Under the pieces are notes generated by a model. That model was given only the letters and a program-made list of their open reading frames with translations, was not told the origin of the DNA and made no database searches. Source: Alphaproteobacteria bacterium (lineage in GTDB: Bacteria > Pseudomonadota > Alphaproteobacteria > UBA2966). From it: DNA of 64,000 bases. Below are positions 28,783 to 37,610 of this stretch, piece after piece. The position numbers were made by a program, and so were the translations under genes. The stretch covers positions 512,001-576,000 of the forward strand of contig OZ219858.1 in NCBI GenBank assembly GCA_964291395.2. Direction: 5' to 3'. The first letter of the stretch is position 1. Every line of letters starts with the position of its first letter.

Positions 28783-30153
28783 ATGGATACGGATGTTGCT
28801 GCAATAACAACAGTATTCACTGAATTTTATTACTGGATAACTGTTGCGCTGATGTTCCTGATCCACGTTGGCTTCTGCATGTACGAAGTGGGGGCAAGCA
28901 GGCGCAGGAACCACATGCACACCCTGATGAAGAATTCCATGCTGATCCCGTTGGTCACGGTGACGTGGTTCTTCTTCGGCTGGTGGATTTACTGGGCATT
29001 CGCCGGCGGGCCGGGCATCACGGGCCCGCTCGGCCACCCCGACCCGTCCATTGCGGCGGCCTACACGCCGTGGGGCGAAAGCATGGGTCCACGGCTCGAC
29101 GACCGCATCAGCGGCGTCTTCTGGGCGGCATTCCTGCTGTTCGCCTGGACGGCCGCGTCCATCGTCTCGGGTGCCGTGATCGAACGTATCCGGTCCTTCG
29201 CGTTCTGGATCTTCGCCATCCTGATCGGATCCGTCACCTGGTCGATCGACGCCGCCTGGGGCTGGCACTTCAACGGCTGGATGGTCGAGCTCCTCGGGTA
29301 CCATGACGCGTACGCGTCCGGCGTGATCCACGGGATCGCCGGCGGGACGGCCTTGGGCGTGCTCGTCGTTCTCGGGCCGCGCCTCGGCAAGTTCGCCGCG
29401 GACGGCACGCCGCGCGACATCCTGCCCCACAACCCCTGGCTGGTCTGCATCGGGTTGTTCCTGATCTACACGGGCTTCTGGGGGTTCTACGTCGCCTGCA
29501 ACGTGCCGGTGGCGACGACCGCCTACATCGACGGCCAGCTCACCGGCGCGACCCAGACAGCGACCACCATTTATCTCACGCCGACGACGCTCGGCGCCAT
29601 CACGGTGAACTTCCTGATGTCGTTGGCCGGCGGGATGTTGGTCGGTTACATGGTGTCGAAGGGCGACGCCTTCTGGACCTACTCGGGCGGCCTCGCCGGC
29701 ATCATCACGTCGTCGGCGGGCAACGATCTCTACCATCCGATCCAGGCGCTGATCATTGCCGGCATCGGCACCTTCCTCATGTACAAGCTCCATTATTGGG
29801 TCGAACGGAGGTTCAAGGTCGACGACGCGGTCGGCGCCGTGGCGGTCCACGGCTACGCCGGCTTCATCGGCCTGGTGATCGCGGGCTTCGTGCTCTGGGG
29901 TCACCCCTCGTCACCCTACGAGGGCTTCGCCGCGATCAATCCACTCGGCCAGTTCGTCGGCGCGGTCATCATGTTCGGGGTGCTCGGCTTCGCACCGGGC
30001 TGGATCGTCGCCAAGATCCTCCACTCGCAAGGGATGCTTCGCATTCCGCGTGAGATCGAGGTGCTCGGTCTCGACTTCCACAGCAACAAGGAAGCCGAGG
30101 CCGCGCGCGCGGACGTGGTGGCCGGGGTTCGCTCCGAGTCCGCGGGCGCCTGA
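28783..30153 (+). CDS. Ammonium transporter (Amt) family protein with atypical pore residues
   Basis: About 11 hydrophobic segments; SIVSGAVIER, D......H (HDAYASGVIH), LGPRLGKF, PHN, DDAVGAVAVHG. Confidence 0.92.
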   Translation: MDTDVAAITTVFTEFYYWITVALMFLIHVGFCMYEVGASRRRNHMHTLMKNSMLIPLVTVTWFFFGWWIYWAFAGGPGITGPLGHPDPSIAAAYTPWGESMGPRLDDRISGVFWAAFLLFAWTAASIVSGAVIERIRSFAFWIFAILIGSVTWSIDAAWGWHFNGWMVELLGYHDAYASGVIHGIAGGTALGVLVVLGPRLGKFAADGTPRDILPHNPWLVCIGLFLIYTGFWGFYVACNVPVATTAYIDGQLTGATQTATTIYLTPTTLGAITVNFLMSLAGGMLVGYMVSKGDAFWTYSGGLAGIITSSAGNDLYHPIQALIIAGIGTFLMYKLHYWVERRFKVDDAVGAVAVHGYAGFIGLVIAGFVLWGHPSSPYEGFAAINPLGQFVGAVIMFGVLGFAPGWIVAKILHSQGMLRIPREIEVLGLDFHSNKEAEAARADVVAGVRSESAGA

Positions 30154-30183
30154 GGAACGGATGGGGAATGGAGGAGCACTATC

Positions 30184-30405
30184 ATGTCAACCACACCAAT
30201 TGATTCCTGGGCGGTCGATCTGGCGAACGTGACGCATATCTATCCGTTCGCCGGAGCCGAAGGCCTGATGGCGCTGATCGGGATCGTCCTGTGGCTCGCC
30301 TGGCACGTCTGGCAGGTCAGGCACGAGAACGAGATCCTCAAGGACGGCGTCCAGAAGTACGGCGACGAAGCGACGTTGCAGAGCGCCATCGACGATCACC
30401 ACTGA
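30184..30405 (+). CDS. Small single-pass membrane protein downstream of amt
   Basis: GGAGGAG RBS; YPFAG motif followed by a TM helix (LMALIGIVLWLAWHVWQ). Confidence 0.75.
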   Translation: MSTTPIDSWAVDLANVTHIYPFAGAEGLMALIGIVLWLAWHVWQVRHENEILKDGVQKYGDEATLQSAIDDHH

Positions 30406-30428
30406 GTGGTCTCATCGGCCATGGTCTT

Positions 30429-30462
30429 GGGGCACCGGAATTTCCGGTGCCCCTTTCCTCTT
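30429..30462 (+). terminator. Rho-independent terminator ending the System I operon
   Basis: GGGGCACCGGAA-T-TTCCGGTGCCCC followed by TTTCCTCTT. Confidence 0.75.
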
Positions 30463-30516
30463 GACAGTCGCCGTGCGTCCGTGCCGGTCTCCCGTCGGCG
30501 AAAGGAAGGGTCGAGG

Positions 30517-31032
30517 TTGACCGGGCAGATACCCGGCGAACGCCGCGAGGAATATGCCTTCGGGGTCTCCGCGTCGCGTCGCGTGCACGCCTCAGTCATC
30601 GCAGGACTGCTGGCGGCGATCGGAATCGGGACCATGTTGTTCGGCGACGGCTACGTGCGGGACCATCGGCTGATCGCCGTCGTCTGCTGGGGGCTCGCGG
30701 CGGCCGCTCTCTATGTCTCGCGGGGTGCCTGGTCGCGTGGGACGGCGATGATCATCGACGACACGGGTCTCTGGTACCGCGATTGGGACCTTCCCCCGGT
30801 GCCTTGGCGGCACGTGGCCGGGGCGCGTGCCGTGGGCATCAGGTTGCGGCCTTTGTTGCGTATCGACCTCAAGGACACGGAGTCGTTTTTCGCCATGCTC
30901 GACAGCGCCGCGGGCCGGCGAAGTCGCGGCAATGCCCTGGTCAAGGGCGATCATCTCCTGATTCCCAACAACGCCGTCGAGAAATCGATCCCGGAGATTG
31001 CAGCCCTGATCCGCGAACGTGCGTCGGGTTGA
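30517..31032 (+). CDS. Hypothetical membrane-anchored protein (two TM helices plus possible PH-like domain)
   Basis: Two hydrophobic helices, then IIDDTGLWYR...VPWRHV. TTG start after a purine-rich RBS. Confidence 0.55.
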   Translation: MTGQIPGERREEYAFGVSASRRVHASVIAGLLAAIGIGTMLFGDGYVRDHRLIAVVCWGLAAAALYVSRGAWSRGTAMIIDDTGLWYRDWDLPPVPWRHVAGARAVGIRLRPLLRIDLKDTESFFAMLDSAAGRRSRGNALVKGDHLLIPNNAVEKSIPEIAALIRERASG

Positions 31033-31335
31033 CGGTACAGACTCCTTCCAGGTTCTCGCTGCATCCGCGGAAAGCCGAAACGGGACTCGTTCCGCCGGGC
31101 CCGTCGGACATCCGGCGGGCCGCGTCGTGACCTCCATGACGGTTGGGGAATCGATTGTCAAACCGCGGGCAAACGGCGAATGCGGGGTCCGACGCAGACG
31201 ATTCCCGCCGCAGGCTTCGTCGTATTCCGGACTTCCCGGGTGGCTGGACAAGGTCGTGTGCAGCCATCATCGTTGCGAGTGGTTTATACGTGATGCGCCG
31301 CGAGAATTCTTGTCGGCGCGAGGCAAAGCGGGCCG

Positions 31336-31968
31336 ATGATGACAGAGGCTGAGCGCCTGGACTATCAGCACCCTCACGAGACCGAGGTCGACGACAGCAG
31401 TCTCGAGGTGTCGATCGGCGGGGAGGTGCGGGAATTCCGCAAGAAGCTCGACATGACGGTGGCGGAGCTCGCCAAGGCGTCCGGACTGTCGGCGGGTATG
31501 CTGTCCAAGATCGAGAACGGCATGACGTCGCCCTCCCTGGCCACGCTACGGGCTCTGTCGCGGGCCCTGCACGTTCCCGTCACGGCGTTCTTCCGGAAGT
31601 TCGAGGAGGAATTGGACGCCACCTACGTACGGGCGGGACAGGGTCTGGCCATCGAGCGGCGAGGGACCCGCGCCGGCCATCAATATCAGCTTCTGGGCCA
31701 CAGCGTAGGCAAGAGCGTGGCCGTCGAGCCGTACCTGATCAGCCTGACGGAAGAGTCGGACGTCTTCCCTCTGTTCCAGCATGCGGGGCAGGAGTTCATC
31801 TACATGCTGGAAGGCGAACTGAACTACCGGCACGGGGACAAGACCTACGCATTGCTCCCCGGTGATTCGCTGTTTTTTGACGCGAATGCGCCCCACGGAC
31901 CGGAAGAGCTGCGCAAACTGCCGATTCGCTTTCTCTCCGTCATCGCGTACTCCAGGGACTCGGAGTGA
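31336..31968 (+). CDS. XRE-family HTH regulator with cupin sensor domain
   Basis: IGGEVREFRK...LSAGMLSKIENGMTSPSL HTH; cupin FQHAGQEFIYMLEG, GDSLFFDANAPHGP. Confidence 0.92.
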   Translation: MMTEAERLDYQHPHETEVDDSSLEVSIGGEVREFRKKLDMTVAELAKASGLSAGMLSKIENGMTSPSLATLRALSRALHVPVTAFFRKFEEELDATYVRAGQGLAIERRGTRAGHQYQLLGHSVGKSVAVEPYLISLTEESDVFPLFQHAGQEFIYMLEGELNYRHGDKTYALLPGDSLFFDANAPHGPEELRKLPIRFLSVIAYSRDSE

Positions 31969-31976
31969 AGGAAATT

Positions 31977-32007
31977 TCATGAGAGGAAACTTTTTTTCCT
32001 CTCATGA
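31977..32007. promoter_or_regulatory. 13-bp perfect inverted repeat; probable XRE operator (or terminator)
   Basis: TCATGAGAGGAAA-CTTTT-TTTCCTCTCATGA, AT-rich, between the XRE gene and the System II operon. Confidence 0.55.
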
Positions 32008-32085
32008 CTTGATTCTATCGATCCCGTTTCATACTCTTCGCTGTGCCCCACGCGGGCTCGAAAACGACTGCACGCGAGGTGTGCG

Positions 32086-32994
32086 ATGTGCGGAATCGCT
32101 GGCGTCCTCTTCAAGAATCCCGGACTCAACGCGAAGCTCGGCGAGACCCTGATCGAAATGCTCGATGGGTGTCAGCACCGCGGACCCGATTCGACGGGAT
32201 TCGCGCTGTACGGCGGCGACTCGGACGCCTCGGAGTTCGTCTTGCGGTTCCATGTCGGCACGGGGGACGAAGGTTCCGAGAACGTGGATCGCGTGGTACG
32301 GGCGCTGAAGGAGTTCGAAGCCCAAATCATCGCCGGCGAGCACGTCGGCAGCACCTACCGGGTAACGGTGCGCTACGAAGGCGACGTCCAGAAATTCGCC
32401 TACGCCATGGAGCATGCGGCGAAGCTGTTCTCCATCGGTAGCACCCTCGACATCGTCAAGGACATCGGCGGCGCCCACGACGTCGACGAGGTTTACGACG
32501 TCCAATCGGTGGACGGCAGCCACGGCCTCGGGCACGTGCGTCTCGCCACGGAGTCCGACGTCAAGCCGGAAGCGGCGCACCCGTTCTGGGCCACCGGCTT
32601 CTCCGATGTGGCGATCGTCCACAACGGTCAGATCACCAACTACTGGAAGATGCGCCGGTTGTTGGAACAGCGCGACTACGAGTTCCATACAGACAACGAT
32701 TCCGAGCTCATCGCGGTCTACCTTGCCGACAAGCTCAAGCACGGAGATACCCTGAAGCAGGCCCTTGAGACCTCGATCGACGACCTCGACGGCACGTTCT
32801 CGTTTCTCGTGTCGACCAAGGACGAGATGGGCTACGCCAAAGACCGTCTCGCCGCCAAACCGATGGTGCTCTACGAAAACCACGATCTCATCGCCATCGC
32901 CTCGGAAGAGGTCTCTCTCAACCGCCTGTTTCCGGGTCAGGCCCTCGATACGACCGAACCGCCGCCTGGGACCTGCGCGACATGGTCACGGTAG
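32086..32994 (+). CDS. Class II glutamine amidotransferase, GlxB/MgsA-like (second copy)
   Basis: MCGIAG, HRGPDSTG, GHVRLATES, AHPF, HNGQITNY, DNDSE. Confidence 0.9.
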   Translation: MCGIAGVLFKNPGLNAKLGETLIEMLDGCQHRGPDSTGFALYGGDSDASEFVLRFHVGTGDEGSENVDRVVRALKEFEAQIIAGEHVGSTYRVTVRYEGDVQKFAYAMEHAAKLFSIGSTLDIVKDIGGAHDVDEVYDVQSVDGSHGLGHVRLATESDVKPEAAHPFWATGFSDVAIVHNGQITNYWKMRRLLEQRDYEFHTDNDSELIAVYLADKLKHGDTLKQALETSIDDLDGTFSFLVSTKDEMGYAKDRLAAKPMVLYENHDLIAIASEEVSLNRLFPGQALDTTEPPPGTCATWSR

Positions 32995-34967
32995 ACCTGA
33001 GCGAGCTGCCGGTCCGCGAAGCCAATGACCTGATCCGGAAGGCGGGCGCGGACGGCGAGGACGTCGAAGTCCTCAACCCGGATGCGCGGCACCACATCGG
33101 GGTCGGTTTGGCCCATCCCATCACGGTGCGCATTCGAGGATCGGCCGGCTATTTCTGCGCCGGTCTGACCGACGGACCGCGCTTCGAGGTCGAGAGCAAC
33201 GTCGGCTGGGGCCTCGCCGACAACATGTACCAGGGTTCCGTGGTCGTCGGCGGCAATGCCAGCGCCATTCCCGCCGTCGCCATCCGCGGCGCCGAGGTCG
33301 TGGTCAAGGGGAACATGGGTTCGCGCGCCGGCCAGGTCATGAAGGAGGGCACGCTGCTCTGCGGCAAGAACGCAAACTTCATGGCCGGCTACATGATGTA
33401 CGGCGGGCGTATCGTGATTCTCGGCGATTCCGGTGAGCGCGTGGGCGAAGACATGACCGGCGGCGAGATCTTCGTCGGCGGCAAGATCCAGTCGCTGGGT
33501 GCCGCGGCCATGCAGACCGACATGGAGAGCGCCGAGGACGACGAACTGCGCGCGCTTCTCGACAGGTACGAAATCCCTTTCGAGGGGACCTTCAGCAAGA
33601 TCGTCAACGAAGGCGGCAATCTGCGCTATGGCAACCCGGAGCCGCGGCGCCGGGCCATCCCGTTCTTCACCTTCTCGGGTAAGTCGAGCTACTGGAACGA
33701 GAAGGTCCAGGAGGACATCTACATCAAATCCAAGATCGGTCGTTACCGCATCCGGGGTTATGGCGGTGCGCGGGCGTTGCCGCATCTCAACGACATAGCG
33801 TTCAAGAAGGACCTGAGCGCCGCCGGCAGCGAGACAGACGCCGTCAGCAAGGTCAACCTGCACACCGAAGTCGGCGGGCGCCACGGGGCCAAACCGCTGA
33901 GACTTTCCATGCCGGTGATGATCTCGCCGATGAGCTATGGAGCGCTGAGCAAGTCGACCAAGCTTGCCATGGCCAAGGCCGCGGCCATGGTCGGAATCTC
34001 GGAGAATACCGGCGAAGGCGGGATGATGGACGAGCAGCGCGAAGCCGCCGATCAGCTCATCTTCCAGATGCTGTCGGGGCGCTTGGGTTGGAACGTCCAC
34101 GACATGCAGCGGGCCGATGGTCTTGAGATCTATATCAGCCAAGGCGCCAAGCCCGGGTTCGGCGGCCAGCTTATGGCGGCCAAGGTCACCGAGGAGATCG
34201 CGCGGATCCGTGGCATTCCCCACGGCATCGACCTGCGCTCGCCGTCACGCCACCCGGACATTCTCGGTGCCGACGATCTGGTCATCAAGATCGAGGAGAT
34301 GCGCGAAGCCACGGGCTATCGCATCCCGGTCGCCGTCAAGCTCGGTGCCGGACGCGTGCGCGACGACATCAAGATTGCCGTGAAGGACGGCTTCGATTTC
34401 ATCGAGCTCGACGGCATGCAAGGCTCCACCGGAGCGGCCGGCAATGAGGTGCTCGATTATTGCGGCATCCCGACCATCTCCGCCATCCAGGAGGCCGAGG
34501 AGGCGCTCGCGGACATCGGCCGCCGTCAAGACGTCGACATCGTGCTCATGGGCGGCATCAAGGACGGAATCGATACCGTGAAGGCCTTGGCGTTGGGGGC
34601 CGACGCCATCGGCATGGGAACCTCGGCGATCATCGCCGCGGGCTGTATCGCCTGTATGCAGTGCCACGTCGGTTCCTGCGTCGTCGGGATCGCCACGCAG
34701 GACCCCGAACACGAGAAGCGCTACAACGTGGATATCGAGGCACGGAATGCGGCGCGGTTCCTTGAGAGCGTCCGCTGGCAGATCGCGGCGCTGACCCGTG
34801 CGCTCGGTTACGACGATATCCGCCAGCTCAATCGTGAGGACCTGGTGGCGCTGACGCCCGAGGCGGCGGCCATAACCAAGCTTCCCTACGCGCCGGAGTA
34901 CCGCTCCGGCGAACACCAGATTCAGGAGACCGTGGGCATTCAACGCTCCGGGTCACAGCTCCAGTGA
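32982..34967 (+). CDS. GlxC-GlxD fusion (GXGXG domain plus FMN glutamate-synthase domain)
   Basis: N-terminal NPDARHHIGVG and GXGXG repeats; C-terminal MSYGALS, TGEGG, SQGAKPGFGGQL, SPSRHPD, CIACMQCHVGSC. Confidence 0.9.
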   Translation: MVTVDLSELPVREANDLIRKAGADGEDVEVLNPDARHHIGVGLAHPITVRIRGSAGYFCAGLTDGPRFEVESNVGWGLADNMYQGSVVVGGNASAIPAVAIRGAEVVVKGNMGSRAGQVMKEGTLLCGKNANFMAGYMMYGGRIVILGDSGERVGEDMTGGEIFVGGKIQSLGAAAMQTDMESAEDDELRALLDRYEIPFEGTFSKIVNEGGNLRYGNPEPRRRAIPFFTFSGKSSYWNEKVQEDIYIKSKIGRYRIRGYGGARALPHLNDIAFKKDLSAAGSETDAVSKVNLHTEVGGRHGAKPLRLSMPVMISPMSYGALSKSTKLAMAKAAAMVGISENTGEGGMMDEQREAADQLIFQMLSGRLGWNVHDMQRADGLEIYISQGAKPGFGGQLMAAKVTEEIARIRGIPHGIDLRSPSRHPDILGADDLVIKIEEMREATGYRIPVAVKLGAGRVRDDIKIAVKDGFDFIELDGMQGSTGAAGNEVLDYCGIPTISAIQEAEEALADIGRRQDVDIVLMGGIKDGIDTVKALALGADAIGMGTSAIIAAGCIACMQCHVGSCVVGIATQDPEHEKRYNVDIEARNAARFLESVRWQIAALTRALGYDDIRQLNREDLVALTPEAAAITKLPYAPEYRSGEHQIQETVGIQRSGSQLQ

Positions 34968-37498
34968 GTGTTCAAGGAACGCCGACGCGGGTGAACGTCG
35001 AGTACCCGCCCGAACTCCTCGACGACACCGACGACACCGACTTCGTGCCGGCGCCCTGTCAGGTGGCCTGCCCCATCGGCACGGATGCGCCGTCCTACAT
35101 CGCCTACATCTGGGAAGACAAGGTCGAAGAGGCCTTCGAGGCGATCACCGCCACCAATCCGTTCAGTTCCATCTGCGGCCGGGTTTGCGATGCCCCGTGC
35201 GAGCCGGCCTGCCGCCGCGCCGACTCCGACGGCCCCCTGGCGATCCGCAATCTCAAGCGCTTCGTCATGGATCAGCTCGGAAAGGATCACCATCTGCCTC
35301 CCGTCGAGGTCACGAAGGACAAGACGGTGGGCATCGTCGGTTCGGGGCCGGCGGGCATGACCGCCGCGCAGGACCTGGCCGAGGCGGGCTACGAAGTGCA
35401 CCTCTACGAGATGACCGACCGCCTCGGCGGCATGATGGTCTGGGGCATCCCGGCCTTCCGGCTTCCAGTGGGGATCATCCAGGAGGACATGGACCGAATC
35501 CTCAATCACTGCCCGGGCATCAAGGTGCACCTCAACACCGGGCTCGGACATGAGGTAACCCTCGAAGAGCTCAAGGAGCGGCACGAGGCGGTGTTGCTCT
35601 GCATCGGCTCCTGGTGGGGCAAGACCATGGGCGTGCCAGGCGATGAGGACCCGCGCGTCGTCGACGGCGTGTCCTTCCTGCGGCGCGTCAACGGCGGCGA
35701 ACGGCCCGAACTGCCCGAGACCGTCGTGGTCGTCGGTGGCGGTGACGTCGCCATGGATGCCTGCCGCGTGGCCAAGCGCCTGCCCGGCTGCAAGCACGTC
35801 AAGGTCGTCTATCGTCGGGGGCCGGAGCAGATTCCCGCCCGCAAGGACGAACTCCATGGCGCCATCAAGGAGGGCGTCGAGTTCGTCTACAACACGCAGC
35901 AGGTCGCCGTGGTGAAGAGCGGCAACGAGATCGCGCTACGTTGCGTCATCACCAAGATGGGGGAGCCGGAAGAGGACGGCCGCCGAAGGGCCATCCCGGT
36001 TGAAGGGACGGAGCACGACATTCCCTGCGGCATGGTGATCTCCGCGGTCGGCCAGAAGGCGGAGAGCGACCACCTCGATCAGCTCGGTTTCATGGACTGG
36101 GACCGTATCCACGCCGACTTCGACTCGATGCGTACGGCGGACCCCAACGTTTTCGCCGCCGGAGACGGTGCCTTCGGGGGCTCGACCATCGTGATCGCCA
36201 TGAACCATGGCCATCGCGCGGCCTACTACGTGAAGGCCTATCTGGAAGGGAACGAGGTTCCTGCGTCCTACCGTACCCCCTACCGGACGCGCCGCGTGCC
36301 CGTCGCCCAGGACTCCAATTGGGAGCTTTTCCCGCGCCGGGAGCAGGAGTTCCACGGCCTCGGGGCGAACCCGGTGGCGTTTCCGGAGATCGAGTCGCGC
36401 TACGACGCGCAGACGGCGCGCGACGAGGCGGCGCGCTGCTACCGCTGCGATGCGGAGAACGGATCGGCCGACTACACGGTGTGGAACCGGGAGGATATCT
36501 TCGCCATGGCGCGCATGGCGCCGTCCGACGAGGCCAAGCAGCAGGCCATGCTGTTCAAGCGGATGCAGAACCGCGAGAATCCGTTTCCGGAGGATCGCCC
36601 GCCGACGATCGACGATCTGGTTTTCCTGTCGGCCAACCTCTCGCGCCTCGTGATCGATCCCTACCGCGATTCCTGTGTCACGGAAACCGGCATGATGGGC
36701 GGGTCCCTGGTGATGAAGTACCCCATGATGGTAACCGGCTTCGACGATGTGCCCGACGAGGTCCGCGAGGGACTGGCCGCAGGCATAACGGAACCCAATG
36801 TCGCCTACGTGGGCTTCCGCCGCCTGCACCGGAACGTGCCCTGGCTGCAGCTCGTCGTGCCGGGCGAGAGCGAGCCGGACCCGGACGCCATCGGCGTCGT
36901 CTACGTGACCGGAGAAACCTTCCGTCCCGTGCCGCCGGAACGAGCGAACGAGGGACAGGCCTTGGGCCTGGTGGTCCGCGGGTCCAACGTCGACGAGGCG
37001 GTGCCTTTCGCCCTCGACAGCGGTTTCGATCTTCTGGTCGTGGATTCGACGATCGGAATCGAGACCGCATGGCCGGAGCTTGAAGGCGCTCCCGATCTGT
37101 CGGCGGCACGCGACACGGTACGCAAGCTGCGCGCGCTGAAGCGCGAAGGCGACATCGAGATCGCCTACTTCGGCGGCATCCGGTCGGGGACCGACCTCGC
37201 CAAGCTGCTCGGCCTCGGCAGCCACGCCGGCATCGTCGGCGTCTCGATGGGCCTCGCGCTTGGCGGCGAGATCGTGCCGTCGGGCAATCGTCAGGCCATC
37301 GTTTTCCCGCCCGACCTGACGCACGAGGATCTGAGCACTGGCGCCGCCAACTATCTCAAGGCGTCCAACAGCGAGTGCTCGATGATGGCGCGCTGCGCCG
37401 GCAAGACGAACGTCCACAACATCGAGCCTGAAGATCTGCGCTCCATCACTATCGCGACCGCGGAAGCCACCGGCATTCTGCTTGCCGGCACGCAGTAG
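34964..37498 (+). CDS. GltD-like Fe-S/FAD/NAD(P)H oxidoreductase fused to a degenerate GlxD-like domain
   Basis: PCQVACP, CGRVCDAPCEPAC, VGSGPAG, VGGGDVAMD, YRRG, FAAGDG, EAARCYRC. C-terminal part carries DDLVFL..LSRLVIDPYR, GGIRSGTD and ARCAGKTNVHNIEPEDL. Confidence 0.88.
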   Translation: MSVQGTPTRVNVEYPPELLDDTDDTDFVPAPCQVACPIGTDAPSYIAYIWEDKVEEAFEAITATNPFSSICGRVCDAPCEPACRRADSDGPLAIRNLKRFVMDQLGKDHHLPPVEVTKDKTVGIVGSGPAGMTAAQDLAEAGYEVHLYEMTDRLGGMMVWGIPAFRLPVGIIQEDMDRILNHCPGIKVHLNTGLGHEVTLEELKERHEAVLLCIGSWWGKTMGVPGDEDPRVVDGVSFLRRVNGGERPELPETVVVVGGGDVAMDACRVAKRLPGCKHVKVVYRRGPEQIPARKDELHGAIKEGVEFVYNTQQVAVVKSGNEIALRCVITKMGEPEEDGRRRAIPVEGTEHDIPCGMVISAVGQKAESDHLDQLGFMDWDRIHADFDSMRTADPNVFAAGDGAFGGSTIVIAMNHGHRAAYYVKAYLEGNEVPASYRTPYRTRRVPVAQDSNWELFPRREQEFHGLGANPVAFPEIESRYDAQTARDEAARCYRCDAENGSADYTVWNREDIFAMARMAPSDEAKQQAMLFKRMQNRENPFPEDRPPTIDDLVFLSANLSRLVIDPYRDSCVTETGMMGGSLVMKYPMMVTGFDDVPDEVREGLAAGITEPNVAYVGFRRLHRNVPWLQLVVPGESEPDPDAIGVVYVTGETFRPVPPERANEGQALGLVVRGSNVDEAVPFALDSGFDLLVVDSTIGIETAWPELEGAPDLSAARDTVRKLRALKREGDIEIAYFGGIRSGTDLAKLLGLGSHAGIVGVSMGLALGGEIVPSGNRQAIVFPPDLTHEDLSTGAANYLKASNSECSMMARCAGKTNVHNIEPEDLRSITIATAEATGILLAGTQ

Positions 37499-37610
37499 GC
37501 AGTCGTCGCATTCGAGTCCGATGTAGACCCACCTCTATTTTCCTGCCGTGGCGAAGTTCCTAAACTGCGGCACATCACGAGACAGCGAAAACATCAGGGA
37601 GGGAGTTGAT

